NCBI GenBank assembly: GCA_937872175.1 | Contig: CALMPI010000019.1 | Location: forward strand, 53,651 to 117,650 | DNA: 64,000 nt | From: an uncultured Flavobacteriales bacterium | GTDB taxonomy: Bacteria > Bacteroidota > Bacteroidia > Flavobacteriales_F > PHOS-HE28 | Direction of reading: 5' to 3' | In this document: positions 55,957 to 64,000 of the stretch, piece after piece | Layout of the letters: every line of letters starts with the position of its first letter | Position numbering within the stretch: the first letter of the stretch is position 1 | The notes under the pieces: model-generated | Told to the model about the DNA's origin: nothing | Databases searched by the model: none | The model's input: only the letters and a program-made list of their open reading frames with translations | Made by a program: the position numbers and the translations under genes

Positions 55957-56600
55957 AACCTTACGTTGAAGCCCAGTTCGAGCTGGATGCCGCCGGTGGT
56001 GAGCTTCGCCTCGTAGTTGAAGGCCTCGAAGTCCACCTCCTGGCCGTTGGCCTCGAAGCTCCGCAGAGGCAGCCAGTGGCGGACGTACTTGAGGTCGAAG
56101 TACATGCCGAAGACCTTCTTGGCGTAGAAGCCCAGGCCCGTGCCGAAGGCGAAGTGCGGTCCGGCGTAGCGCGCCACGCCCACCTGCGCGAACTGGTAGC
56201 GGTCCTCGATGCGCAGCATGCTGTAGCCGCCCTGCATGAACAGTCGCAGGTTGAAGTGGTCGGTGTTCACCGGATAGAAGCGCGGCTCGATGCCGATGAC
56301 CCCGGTGCGGTTGCTGCGGGTGCCGGCGGTGTCCACGTAGCCGCCGAACTCGCCATACACACCGATGCTGAGCGGCTTCACCACTCCCACGTGCACCTTC
56401 AGCGGGAAGCCGTAGGAGATGGCCCCGTCGCGGTCGCTGTTGGAGTACTGCGGCGTGGTCTCCTGGTATTTGGTGGCATGGATGCCGAGGTTCGCACCCG
56501 CGCTGATATGGATCGCGCCAGGCTGGTTGCATTGGGCATGGACGGCCATCGGCAGCAGGACCAAGGTTGCCACCACTGCGGAAAGAAGGGAGCTGCGCAT
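55953..56600 (-). CDS. Outer-membrane beta-barrel (porin-family, OmpA-like barrel) protein.
   Basis: Signal peptide MRSSLLSAVVATLVLLPMAVHAQ, alternating hydrophobic beta-strands, and a C-terminal aromatic residue (…LGFNVRF). Confidence 0.7.
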   Translation of the reverse strand: MRSSLLSAVVATLVLLPMAVHAQCNQPGAIHISAGANLGIHATKYQETTPQYSNSDRDGAISYGFPLKVHVGVVKPLSIGVYGEFGGYVDTAGTRSNRTGVIGIEPRFYPVNTDHFNLRLFMQGGYSMLRIEDRYQFAQVGVARYAGPHFAFGTGLGFYAKKVFGMYFDLKYVRHWLPLRSFEANGQEVDFEAFNYEAKLTTGGIQLELGFNVRF

Positions 56601-56773
56601 GAGGCGAAGGTGCGGTGTTCGGCACGGTACGCGGACCGCCGTGCCGACCGCTCGGCGAACAGGCGGCGGTGGATGAACGAACCGTTGGGAGCCCAAGGGT
56701 GTTCTTCGATCGTTGCGTTCCGGCGACGGACGCCCCTACCTTTGCCCCCTTGCCGATCCAAGCCTCGTCCCCG

Positions 56774-56977
56774 ATGAGCCCCAAGCCCGAGCGTGCGCAG
56801 ACCGAACAGGAGATGTCGGAGACCTCGGAGCCGGCGGCCCAGGCCGCACCGGCACCCGCCGGCCAGCGCTTCGACTTCTGTCCGCACAAGGACCTGAACC
56901 TGCCCACCTCCTACGACGAGGTGGTGAAGCGGTTCAACCGCCTGCAGGGCGATCGCGCCTGGGAGGTGATGAACTGA
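56774..56977 (+). CDS. Small acidic hypothetical protein (67 aa).
   Basis: MSPKPERAQTEQEMSETSEPAAQAAPAPAGQRFDFCPHKDLNLPTSYDEVVKRFNRLQGDRAWEVMN. It is an ORF upstream of the EF-G paralog, with weak support. Confidence 0.35.
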   Translation: MSPKPERAQTEQEMSETSEPAAQAAPAPAGQRFDFCPHKDLNLPTSYDEVVKRFNRLQGDRAWEVMN

Positions 56978-57092
56978 GCGCCGCCGATAGCAAAAACCGC
57001 GCCCCGCCCCCTGGCGGGGCGCATTGTTTTTCCGCGGGTCGTGGCCTTACCTTCCATGCGTTCTTTCCCGTCCGACCAAAACCCTTTTCGCC

Positions 57093-59222
57093 ATGACCGT
57101 CTTCGATGCCAAACACATCAAGAACATCGCCCTCCTGGGCAGCCACGGATCCGGCAAGACGACCCTTGCCGAGACCATGCTGTTCGAGGCGGGCCTGATC
57201 ACACGCCGGGGCCGCGTGGAGGACCGCAATACGGTGAGCGACCACACGGACCTGGAGCACGAGCGCGGCAGCTCGGTCTTCGCCACCTGCCTGCACACCG
57301 AGTGGCGCGACTACAAGATCAACATCATCGACACGCCGGGGTTGGACGACCTGGTGGGCGAGACGATCCCCGCGCTGCGCGTGGCCGACACCTGCGTGCT
57401 GCTGCTCAACGGCCACCACGGGGTGGAGGTGGGCACCGACCTGGTGTGGGAGCAGATGCAGCGGTACGACCGGCCGGTGATCATCGGGGTGAACCAGCTG
57501 GACCATCCCAACGCCGACTTCGACACCACGGTGGCGCAGGCGCGCGAGCATTTCGGTCCGGCGGTGACGGTGATGCAGTATCCCGTGGAACAGGGCGAAG
57601 GCTTCCACCGCATCATCGACCTGCTGAAGATGACGATGTACGTGTTCAAGGACGCCGGGGGCAAGCCGGAGAAGCAGCCCATCCCCGAGAGCGAGAAGGC
57701 CCGCGCCGAAGCCCTGCACAAGGAGCTGGTGGAGAAGGCCGCGGAGAACGACGAGACGCTGATGGAGCACTACTTCGACAAGGGCGAGCTGGACGAGGAC
57801 GAGATGCGCCTGGGCCTCAAGCAGGGCATGATGAAGCGCACCTGCTACCCGGTGTTCTGCCTGAGCGCGCTGCGCAACATGGGCAGCGGGCGCCTGATGA
57901 CCTTCATCGACAACGTGGCGCCCAGCGCCGTGGAGATGCCATCGGCCCCGCTGGCGGGCGAGGGCGGCCTTCCCTGCCGGGCGGACGGCCCGCCGGTGCT
58001 GTTCACCTTCAAGAGCGTGCTGGAGCCGCGCACCGGCTGGATCACCTTTTTCAAGGTGATGAGCGGCGAGGTGAAGGCCGGCACCGAACTGGTGAACGAC
58101 AACACGGGGGCCACGGAGCGCATCGGCCAGCTCTTCATCGTGGACGGCAAGGAGCGCAAGCCGGTGGACCGTCTGGCCGCGGGCGACATCGGGGCCACCC
58201 TGAAGCTGAAGGACACGGGCACCGCGCACACGCTGCACGCCCCCGGTCAGGCCGTGAAGCTGGCGCCGATCGCCTTTCCCGAGCCGCGGCTGCGGGTGAC
58301 CGTGAAGGCCCGCGATGCCAAGCTGGAGGAGAAGCTGCACGCCGCCCTGCTCGAGATCCATCGCGAGGACCCCACCGTGGAGCTGCACTACCTGCGCGAA
58401 AGCGCCCAACAGGTGCTGGGCGTCCAGGGTGAGCTGCACCTCAACCTGGTGAAGTGGAAACTGGAGCACCACTACAAGGTGGAGCCCGAGTTCGGCTCGC
58501 CGAAGGTGCCGTATCGGGAAACGATCCGCCGCGCCGCCGAGGCCATGTACCGGCACAAGAAGCAGACCGGTGGCGCGGGCCAGTTCGCCGAGGTGCACCT
58601 GCGCATCGAACCCTGGCAGGAAGGGATGCCCGAACCGGCCGGCGTCAGCGTCCGCAACAAGGAGGTGCATCCGCTGCCCACCGGCGGCAACCTGGTCTTC
58701 TACAACTGCATCGTCGGCGGCGTCATCGACACCAAGTTCATGCCCAGCATCCTGAAGGGCGTGATGGAGAAGATGGAGAAGGGCCCGCTCACGGGCAGTC
58801 CCGCGCGCGACATCCGCGTGCTGGTGACCGACGGCAAGATGCACCCGGTGGACAGCAACGACATCAGCTTCAAGATCGCCGGGCTTCAGGCCTTCCGGGA
58901 GGCCTTCACCCAGGCCGACCCCCTGCTGATGGAGCCGGTGCAGGAACTGGAGGTGCGCATGCCCGAGGACCTCATGGGCGACGTGATGACCGATCTGCAG
59001 GGGCGTCGCTCGGTGATCCTCGGTGTCGAGGCCCAAGGCCGCTTCCAGGTGGTGAAGGCGCTGGTCCCGCAGGCCGAGCTGGACCGCTACAGCACCACCC
59101 TTCGGAGCCTCACCCAAGGACGCGGCACCCACATGGAGCGCTTCCATGCCTACCAGCCGGTGCCGCACGAGGTGCAGGCCCGCTTGATCGGCGCGCATCG
59201 CGATGAAGCCGTCGAGGCCTGA
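57093..59222 (+). CDS. Elongation factor G paralog (EF-G-like translational GTPase).
   Basis: Five-domain EF-G architecture with DTPGLDD (G3) and NQLD (G4). The P-loop is GSHGSGKTT rather than the canonical AHIDAGKTT. Confidence 0.85.
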   Translation: MTVFDAKHIKNIALLGSHGSGKTTLAETMLFEAGLITRRGRVEDRNTVSDHTDLEHERGSSVFATCLHTEWRDYKINIIDTPGLDDLVGETIPALRVADTCVLLLNGHHGVEVGTDLVWEQMQRYDRPVIIGVNQLDHPNADFDTTVAQAREHFGPAVTVMQYPVEQGEGFHRIIDLLKMTMYVFKDAGGKPEKQPIPESEKARAEALHKELVEKAAENDETLMEHYFDKGELDEDEMRLGLKQGMMKRTCYPVFCLSALRNMGSGRLMTFIDNVAPSAVEMPSAPLAGEGGLPCRADGPPVLFTFKSVLEPRTGWITFFKVMSGEVKAGTELVNDNTGATERIGQLFIVDGKERKPVDRLAAGDIGATLKLKDTGTAHTLHAPGQAVKLAPIAFPEPRLRVTVKARDAKLEEKLHAALLEIHREDPTVELHYLRESAQQVLGVQGELHLNLVKWKLEHHYKVEPEFGSPKVPYRETIRRAAEAMYRHKKQTGGAGQFAEVHLRIEPWQEGMPEPAGVSVRNKEVHPLPTGGNLVFYNCIVGGVIDTKFMPSILKGVMEKMEKGPLTGSPARDIRVLVTDGKMHPVDSNDISFKIAGLQAFREAFTQADPLLMEPVQELEVRMPEDLMGDVMTDLQGRRSVILGVEAQGRFQVVKALVPQAELDRYSTTLRSLTQGRGTHMERFHAYQPVPHEVQARLIGAHRDEAVEA

Positions 59223-59243
59223 ACCGCTCATCACGCAGCTGAC

Positions 59244-59278
59244 GGCACCCGGGCCCCTGGCCCGGGTGCCGTGCTTTT
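59244..59278 (+). terminator. Rho-independent terminator after the EF-G paralog.
   Basis: ggcacccgggcc / ggcccgggtgcc hairpin followed by gtgcttttcc. Confidence 0.65.
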
Positions 59279-59327
59279 CCAACAGGGATCGGCGGCCGTG
59301 AGCGCTAGCTTTACTAGCATTGCAGCG

Positions 59328-60608
59328 ATGGAACAGGTGGACGTGATCGTGATCGGTGCCGGACCCAGCGGCTGTGTGGCCGCTGCGCACCTTGCCCGGC
59401 AGGGCCGGCGTGTGATGATCCTGGAGAAGCAGGTGTTCCCCCGCTTCGTCATCGGCGAAAGCCTGCTGCCGCGCAGCATGGAGCATTGGGAGGAGACCGG
59501 TCTGCTGCCCGCGCTCCAGGCCCAGAACTATGCGCCCAAGCTGGGAGCCCGGTTCATCCGGGGGACGGACGAAGGCATCGACCTGCAGTTCGACGACAAC
59601 TTCACCAGTGGCTGGACACGCACCTGGCAAGCTCCCCGCGCCCATTTCGACAAGGTGGCCGCCGATGCCACGGCCGCGCAGGGGGTGGACATCCGGTACG
59701 GCGTCAGCGCCGAGGAAGTGGATCTCTCCCGGGAGGACCGTGTGCGGGTGACCGCGCGGGACGCCCATGGGACGCTGGAGGTGGAAGGCCGCTTTCTGAT
59801 CGACAGCAGCGGCTATGGCGGCACACTGGTGAAACTGCTCGGCCTGCGCGACGACCGCAGCCCGAACCCGCGGATGGCCGTGTTCACGCACGTGCGTGAA
59901 CGCGACCGCGACGCGTGGCCCGAGCCGATGCAGATCACCTTCGAGGTGATGGCGGTGGACCTGTGGTTCTGGGTGATCCCCTTCAGCGATGGCACCACCT
60001 CGCTGGGATTCGTGGGCGATCCGCGCCACTTCGATCCCTTCACGGCAGGGCGGCCCTTGAACGAGGCCTGGCGGACCATGGTGGAGCGGTCCATCCGGTT
60101 CCGCGAGCGATTCGTGGACCAGACCCCGCTCTGGGAGCCGCATGTGCTGCACGACTACACCCACTACAACGAGAAGCTGTATGGGCGCAACTACGTGCTC
60201 ACCGGCAACTGCGCCGGCTTCCTCGATCCGGTGTTCAGCAGCGGCGTGATGCTGGCCACCGAGAGCGGGCTGCTGGCCGCCAAGCTCACCGAACGCGTGC
60301 TGAAGGGTGAGGATGTGGATTGGGAGCGCTCCTACAGCGATCACATCCGCTGGGGCGCCGCGGTGTTCCGCAGCTACATCGATGGCTGGTACAACGGCGA
60401 CCTGCAGACCATCTTCTTCAGCCCCCGTGTGGAACCACGGGTCAAGCAGCAGATCATCTCCGTCCTGGCCGGTTACGTGTGGGACCGCAAGAACCCGTTC
60501 GTGGCGCGGCACGACCGCATCCTGAGGCAATTGGCCGAGCTGCTGAACGGAACACCGGGCCTTCGGGACGAGGCCGAAGTGCTGAACACCGGCCGCCCCC
60601 TGCCCTAG
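59328..60608 (+). CDS. FAD-dependent oxidoreductase of the flavin-halogenase / geranylgeranyl-reductase-like superfamily.
   Basis: GxGxxG VDVIVIGAGPSGCVAAAHLA, a second FAD motif GRFLIDSSGYGG, and GNCAGFLDPVFSSG. Confidence 0.75.
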   Translation: MEQVDVIVIGAGPSGCVAAAHLARQGRRVMILEKQVFPRFVIGESLLPRSMEHWEETGLLPALQAQNYAPKLGARFIRGTDEGIDLQFDDNFTSGWTRTWQAPRAHFDKVAADATAAQGVDIRYGVSAEEVDLSREDRVRVTARDAHGTLEVEGRFLIDSSGYGGTLVKLLGLRDDRSPNPRMAVFTHVRERDRDAWPEPMQITFEVMAVDLWFWVIPFSDGTTSLGFVGDPRHFDPFTAGRPLNEAWRTMVERSIRFRERFVDQTPLWEPHVLHDYTHYNEKLYGRNYVLTGNCAGFLDPVFSSGVMLATESGLLAAKLTERVLKGEDVDWERSYSDHIRWGAAVFRSYIDGWYNGDLQTIFFSPRVEPRVKQQIISVLAGYVWDRKNPFVARHDRILRQLAELLNGTPGLRDEAEVLNTGRPLP

Positions 60609-62482
60609 CGCTTCGCCTTCCGCTTCTGCGGAACCTCCTCCTGCGGCATGGCGGGCGCCCAGCTGTCGTTGGTCGCATCCATGTCGGCCATCCGGCCCGT
60701 TGTCAGCAGTTCGACGCTCAGCACCTCCTTGTACGGCAGGTCCACCACCACGCGATGCGTGTGCTCCGGCCATGACCAGGGTGCGGCCACCACGAAGGCG
60801 TAGGCCTCCGAGCCTTCGGGTTTGCCGCCGCGCATGAGGCTGAGCGGAACGTGCACATGCTCCACGCGACCGTCGCGGGCGGTTATGCGAAGGTCCACCG
60901 GCATCAGCATCTCCCCCACCCGGCGCAGGACCACCACCGTGCCGTCGCCCTCGGCCATGGCGCTGTCCACGGCCAGGTCGAGCACGCGGGTGGTGTTCAG
61001 CCATTCATCGAAGTACCAGTCGAGCTCCAGGCCGCTCACCTGCTCCATGCTGCGCTCCACATCCACCGGACGCGGGTGGCGGAACCGGCACTTGTCGTAG
61101 AGATGGCGAAGACCCTGCTCCACGGTGCGCTCGCCGATGACGGCGCCGAGCTGGTGCAGCAGCATCTCCCCTTTGCTGTACGCGGTGATCCCATATGCCC
61201 GGTTGGTCAGGAAGTGATCGGCATGCACGGTCATCGGCTCGTTGTCCGGAAGCGAGAGGAGCATGCGATAGCCATCGTAGCTGCCTGCGTGCGGATCCTT
61301 GTCGCCCCCGAAGAGGTGCTGCATCACCTTGGAGCTGGCGTACTCGGTGAAGCCCTCGTCCATCCAGGCGTAATGGCCCTCGTCGCTGGCCAGCACACCG
61401 TAGTACCAACTGTGCACGCTCTCATGCACGCTGACGCCCACCAGGCTGCCCAGCTTGCGCCTGCCGGTGATCAGCGTGAGCATGGGATACTCCATCCCCC
61501 CGTCGCCGCCCTGTACGAAACTGTACTCAGGCCACGGATAACGGCCGAAATGCGTGTTCATGAACTCGAAGCTGCGCACCATGTACCCGGGCAGCTGCTC
61601 CCATGCGGTCCGCAGTTCGGGATCGTCCTGGAAGAAGCAGCGGATCAGCGGACCACCGGGCACTTGGGCGGTGAGCTGCACGTAGTCTGGATCGGCTGCC
61701 CAGGCCACGTCATGCACGCTGTCGGCCCGGAAGACCCAGGTGTTGCGGGCGCTGCGTCCGGCCCGAGCCGGGTCCGGCGTCGCATAGCCGTGACCGATGG
61801 AGGCAGGGTCCTGCAGCACGCCCGTGGCCGCCACCGTGAAGGCGCTATCGATGGTGACGCGCAGCGTATGGTCGCCCCACTCCCCGTAGAACTCGCGCCC
61901 CACATAGGGACCGGCATGCCAGCCGCGGTCGTCATAGGCCGCCACCTTCGGGTACCACTGGGTCATGCTGTAGGCGATGCCCTCCGCGTTGTTGCGTCCC
62001 GAGCGGCGGATCTGCACGGGCACCTGCCCGGCGAAATCCAGCTCGAAGGTGCTGCGGGCGCCCGGTGCGATGGGCACCACAGGACGCAGGCGCATGGCCG
62101 TACCCAGGTGCTCCAGCTCAACGGGCCGCCCCTCCTGGGTGCCCGCCGTGCAGCGCAGTTCGCCTTGCTCCCCGGCTGCCAGGGCGGCGATGCGTGATCC
62201 CACGCGCGGATCGGGGTCGGCGATGCTCCGGGAGCGGCTGTCCATTTCGCTGCCGGGCCTGAACGCGTTGAAGTACAAATGGAACCAGACCTCGGTGAGC
62301 GTGTCCGGGCTCTGGTTGTGATACACCAGACGCTCGTGACCGGTGAACCGGTGTGTGCGAACGTCCAGGTCGACGCTCAGGTCCACTTCGATCCATTGCT
62401 GCCATCGGCCGCACTGGGCATGGCCCCAAAGGGCGATGGGAAGCACCGCGCACAGAAGCGCGGAACGCAAGCTGGTGTTCAT
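60605..62482 (-). CDS. M1-family zinc aminopeptidase.
   Basis: GMEYPML (GAMEN-like), HESVHSWYYG (HExxH) and WMDEGFTEY motifs. Signal peptide present. Confidence 0.85.
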   Translation of the reverse strand: MNTSLRSALLCAVLPIALWGHAQCGRWQQWIEVDLSVDLDVRTHRFTGHERLVYHNQSPDTLTEVWFHLYFNAFRPGSEMDSRSRSIADPDPRVGSRIAALAAGEQGELRCTAGTQEGRPVELEHLGTAMRLRPVVPIAPGARSTFELDFAGQVPVQIRRSGRNNAEGIAYSMTQWYPKVAAYDDRGWHAGPYVGREFYGEWGDHTLRVTIDSAFTVAATGVLQDPASIGHGYATPDPARAGRSARNTWVFRADSVHDVAWAADPDYVQLTAQVPGGPLIRCFFQDDPELRTAWEQLPGYMVRSFEFMNTHFGRYPWPEYSFVQGGDGGMEYPMLTLITGRRKLGSLVGVSVHESVHSWYYGVLASDEGHYAWMDEGFTEYASSKVMQHLFGGDKDPHAGSYDGYRMLLSLPDNEPMTVHADHFLTNRAYGITAYSKGEMLLHQLGAVIGERTVEQGLRHLYDKCRFRHPRPVDVERSMEQVSGLELDWYFDEWLNTTRVLDLAVDSAMAEGDGTVVVLRRVGEMLMPVDLRITARDGRVEHVHVPLSLMRGGKPEGSEAYAFVVAAPWSWPEHTHRVVVDLPYKEVLSVELLTTGRMADMDATNDSWAPAMPQEEVPQKRKAKR

Positions 62483-62548
62483 GGGCGCCAAAGATGGCGC
62501 AGCGTCCAGGCTCTTGGACCTCGCGCAGCCCACCGGGCGAACGCCTGG

Positions 62549-63064
62549 TCAGGAAAGCAACCGCTGGCGCAGGGCGAACTCAAGCTGGCGGTTGGCCTCC
62601 ACCAGTTGCTGGGTGAACTGCTCGCGCTGTCGTTCCGCCTGGACCTCTGCGTGGGCCGCCATCACCAAGGCCTCCAGCCGGCCCGGGTCCCATGGCTTGG
62701 CGATGTAGTTGGTGACCCCACCGAGGTTCACCGCATCGATCACGGCCTGGATGTCCGAATAGGCGGTCACCAGCATGCGCCGGACCTGGGGAAAGCGCTC
62801 ACGGACCAGGGAGAGCAACTGGCTCCCCGTGGTGCCCGGCATCCGCTGATCGGTGATGATCACGTCCACCGGCCGGTTCGACAGGAACTGCCAGGCCTCC
62901 TCGAAGCCGCTGGCCGTGAGCACCTCGAAGGAGCGGCGGAACGTGGCGTGGAACGCCTGGCGGTTCCCCGCGTCGTCGTCCACGAACAGCACCACGGGCC
63001 GATCGGGATCGGTGCCGAGGTTGAACACGCGTGTGGCCATGGAAGGGTCCGGAACTGGCTTCAT
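62549..63064 (-). CDS. Stand-alone response-regulator receiver (CheY-like REC) protein.
   Basis: VVLFVDDDAGNRQAF...VDVIITDQRMPGTTG...LVTAY, followed only by a coiled-coil tail. Confidence 0.75.
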   Translation of the reverse strand: MKPVPDPSMATRVFNLGTDPDRPVVLFVDDDAGNRQAFHATFRRSFEVLTASGFEEAWQFLSNRPVDVIITDQRMPGTTGSQLLSLVRERFPQVRRMLVTAYSDIQAVIDAVNLGGVTNYIAKPWDPGRLEALVMAAHAEVQAERQREQFTQQLVEANRQLEFALRQRLLS

Positions 63065-63211
63065 CCGGCGTTCGCCTATACGGAACGTCGGCCCAGGGGG
63101 TTACGCTGCCTTGGGGACCACCGGTGTTCATAAGTTGTTAATAACCCGTCGTTGATTAGCTTTGGCCCGCCCGGTGAACTTGGACGCGCAACGGGCGGGC
63201 TCTTCAGGACC

Positions 63212-64000
63212 ATGGACATCGATCTTCACGTGCGAACGCGCGGGGAGGGCGTGGATGCGCTCACCTGCGCCCCCCTGCTGTTCAGGCCGACCGTGGAGGC
63301 CGATCGGGCCGACCTGGAAGCCCTGCTCGGCTCAGGCCGGGTGCAACAGGTGCACGACCGCCTTGTGGATCAGGTCAGGGAGCTGGTCCGTATCCAATCA
63401 CCGTCCCGTCGGTTCAGCGCACACGAGCTGGACCTTGCGGTGAAGGAACATCTGGCCGGCGGCCCGGCCGCGGACCAGGGGGTCTGGGTCTTCTACCCGT
63501 GGACCGGCCGGCTTGTACACCTGCTCGACGAGGCCGACTTCGCCCGCGTCCGAACGGACCGGAACCGCAACAAGATCACCGAGGAGGAGCAGGCGGTCCT
63601 CTACACCAAACGCATCGGCGTCATCGGGCTGAGCGTGGGCCAAAGCGTGAGCCTGGCACTCGCGCTGGAACGCAGCTTCGGGGAATTGCGGATCGCCGAC
63701 CATGACACCCTTGACCTGAGCAACCTGAACCGCCTGCGCAGCGGTGTCCACAACCTGGGGCTGCCGAAGACGGTGAACGTGGCCCGCGAGATCGCCGAGA
63801 TCGACCCCTTCCTGAAAGTGACCTGCTTCCACGACGGCATCACCCGCGACAACATCGACCGGTTCCTGACGGAGGGCGGCACGCTGGATGTGCTGGTGGA
63901 GGAATGCGACAGCGTGGACATCAAGATCCTGGCGCGACAGCGGGCGAAGGCCCACCGCATCCCGGTGGTGATGGACACCAGCGACCGGGGCATGCTGGAC
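63212..64000 (+). CDS. ThiF/MoeB/HesA-family E1-like adenylyltransferase with an uncharacterised N-terminal domain of about 130 aa, 3-prime partial (runs off the window end).
   Basis: ATG at 63212 and open to the window end. It is absent from the ORF track because no stop lies in range. E1 nucleotide-binding signature RIGVIGLSVGQSVSLALA...DHDTLDLSNLNRL. Confidence 0.65.
   Translation, partial: MDIDLHVRTRGEGVDALTCAPLLFRPTVEADRADLEALLGSGRVQQVHDRLVDQVRELVRIQSPSRRFSAHELDLAVKEHLAGGPAADQGVWVFYPWTGRLVHLLDEADFARVRTDRNRNKITEEEQAVLYTKRIGVIGLSVGQSVSLALALERSFGELRIADHDTLDLSNLNRLRSGVHNLGLPKTVNVAREIAEIDPFLKVTCFHDGITRDNIDRFLTEGGTLDVLVEECDSVDIKILARQRAKAHRIPVVMDTSDRGMLD

Overview
This 64-kb window is a high-GC (about two-thirds GC by eye) chromosomal segment with clear Bacteroidota hallmarks. 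The ribosomal L28-L33-DUF4295-ftsY block is present, seven secreted proteins end in a T9SS (Por-type) C-terminal sorting domain, and several genes carry the Bacteroidetes-type -7 promoter box TAnnTTTG. Gene content mixes housekeeping genes (rimO, ftsY, rpmB, rpmG, cinA, prfC, an EF-G paralog, M16 and M1 peptidases, a malate-synthase homolog, an FkpA-like PPIase) with accessory cargo. The 5-prime-partial first gene encodes a giant LamG/TSP3 adhesin of more than 2380 aa. There is a 1294-aa protein built from 144-bp tandem repeats, an LTD-domain protein and a PQQ-dehydrogenase T9SS substrate. Regulatory genes include a LuxR response regulator and propeller-sensor histidine kinase followed by a SiaB-like kinase and a SiaC-like (DUF1987) partner-switch pair, a second orphan DUF1987 gene, and a PIN-PhoH2 gene. 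One tRNA-Thr(CGU) is present. No CRISPR array, integrase, transposase or rRNA was found. The clearest mobile-element-like signal is a single AAA-ATPase gene with its own AT-rich promoter and operator, bracketed by a perfect 43-bp direct repeat that duplicates the last codons of rimO. The other signals are in the findings: a C-terminal module shared by three T9SS cargo proteins, a recurrent upstream motif ATCCACGATCG, two identical 16-bp palindromes with a poly-C tract in an unusually long AT-rich spacer, a 450-bp GC-rich non-coding gap, and a partial ThiF/E1-like gene at the window edge. Many long ORFs in the six-frame track are antisense shadows of real genes, as expected at this GC content, and were discarded.
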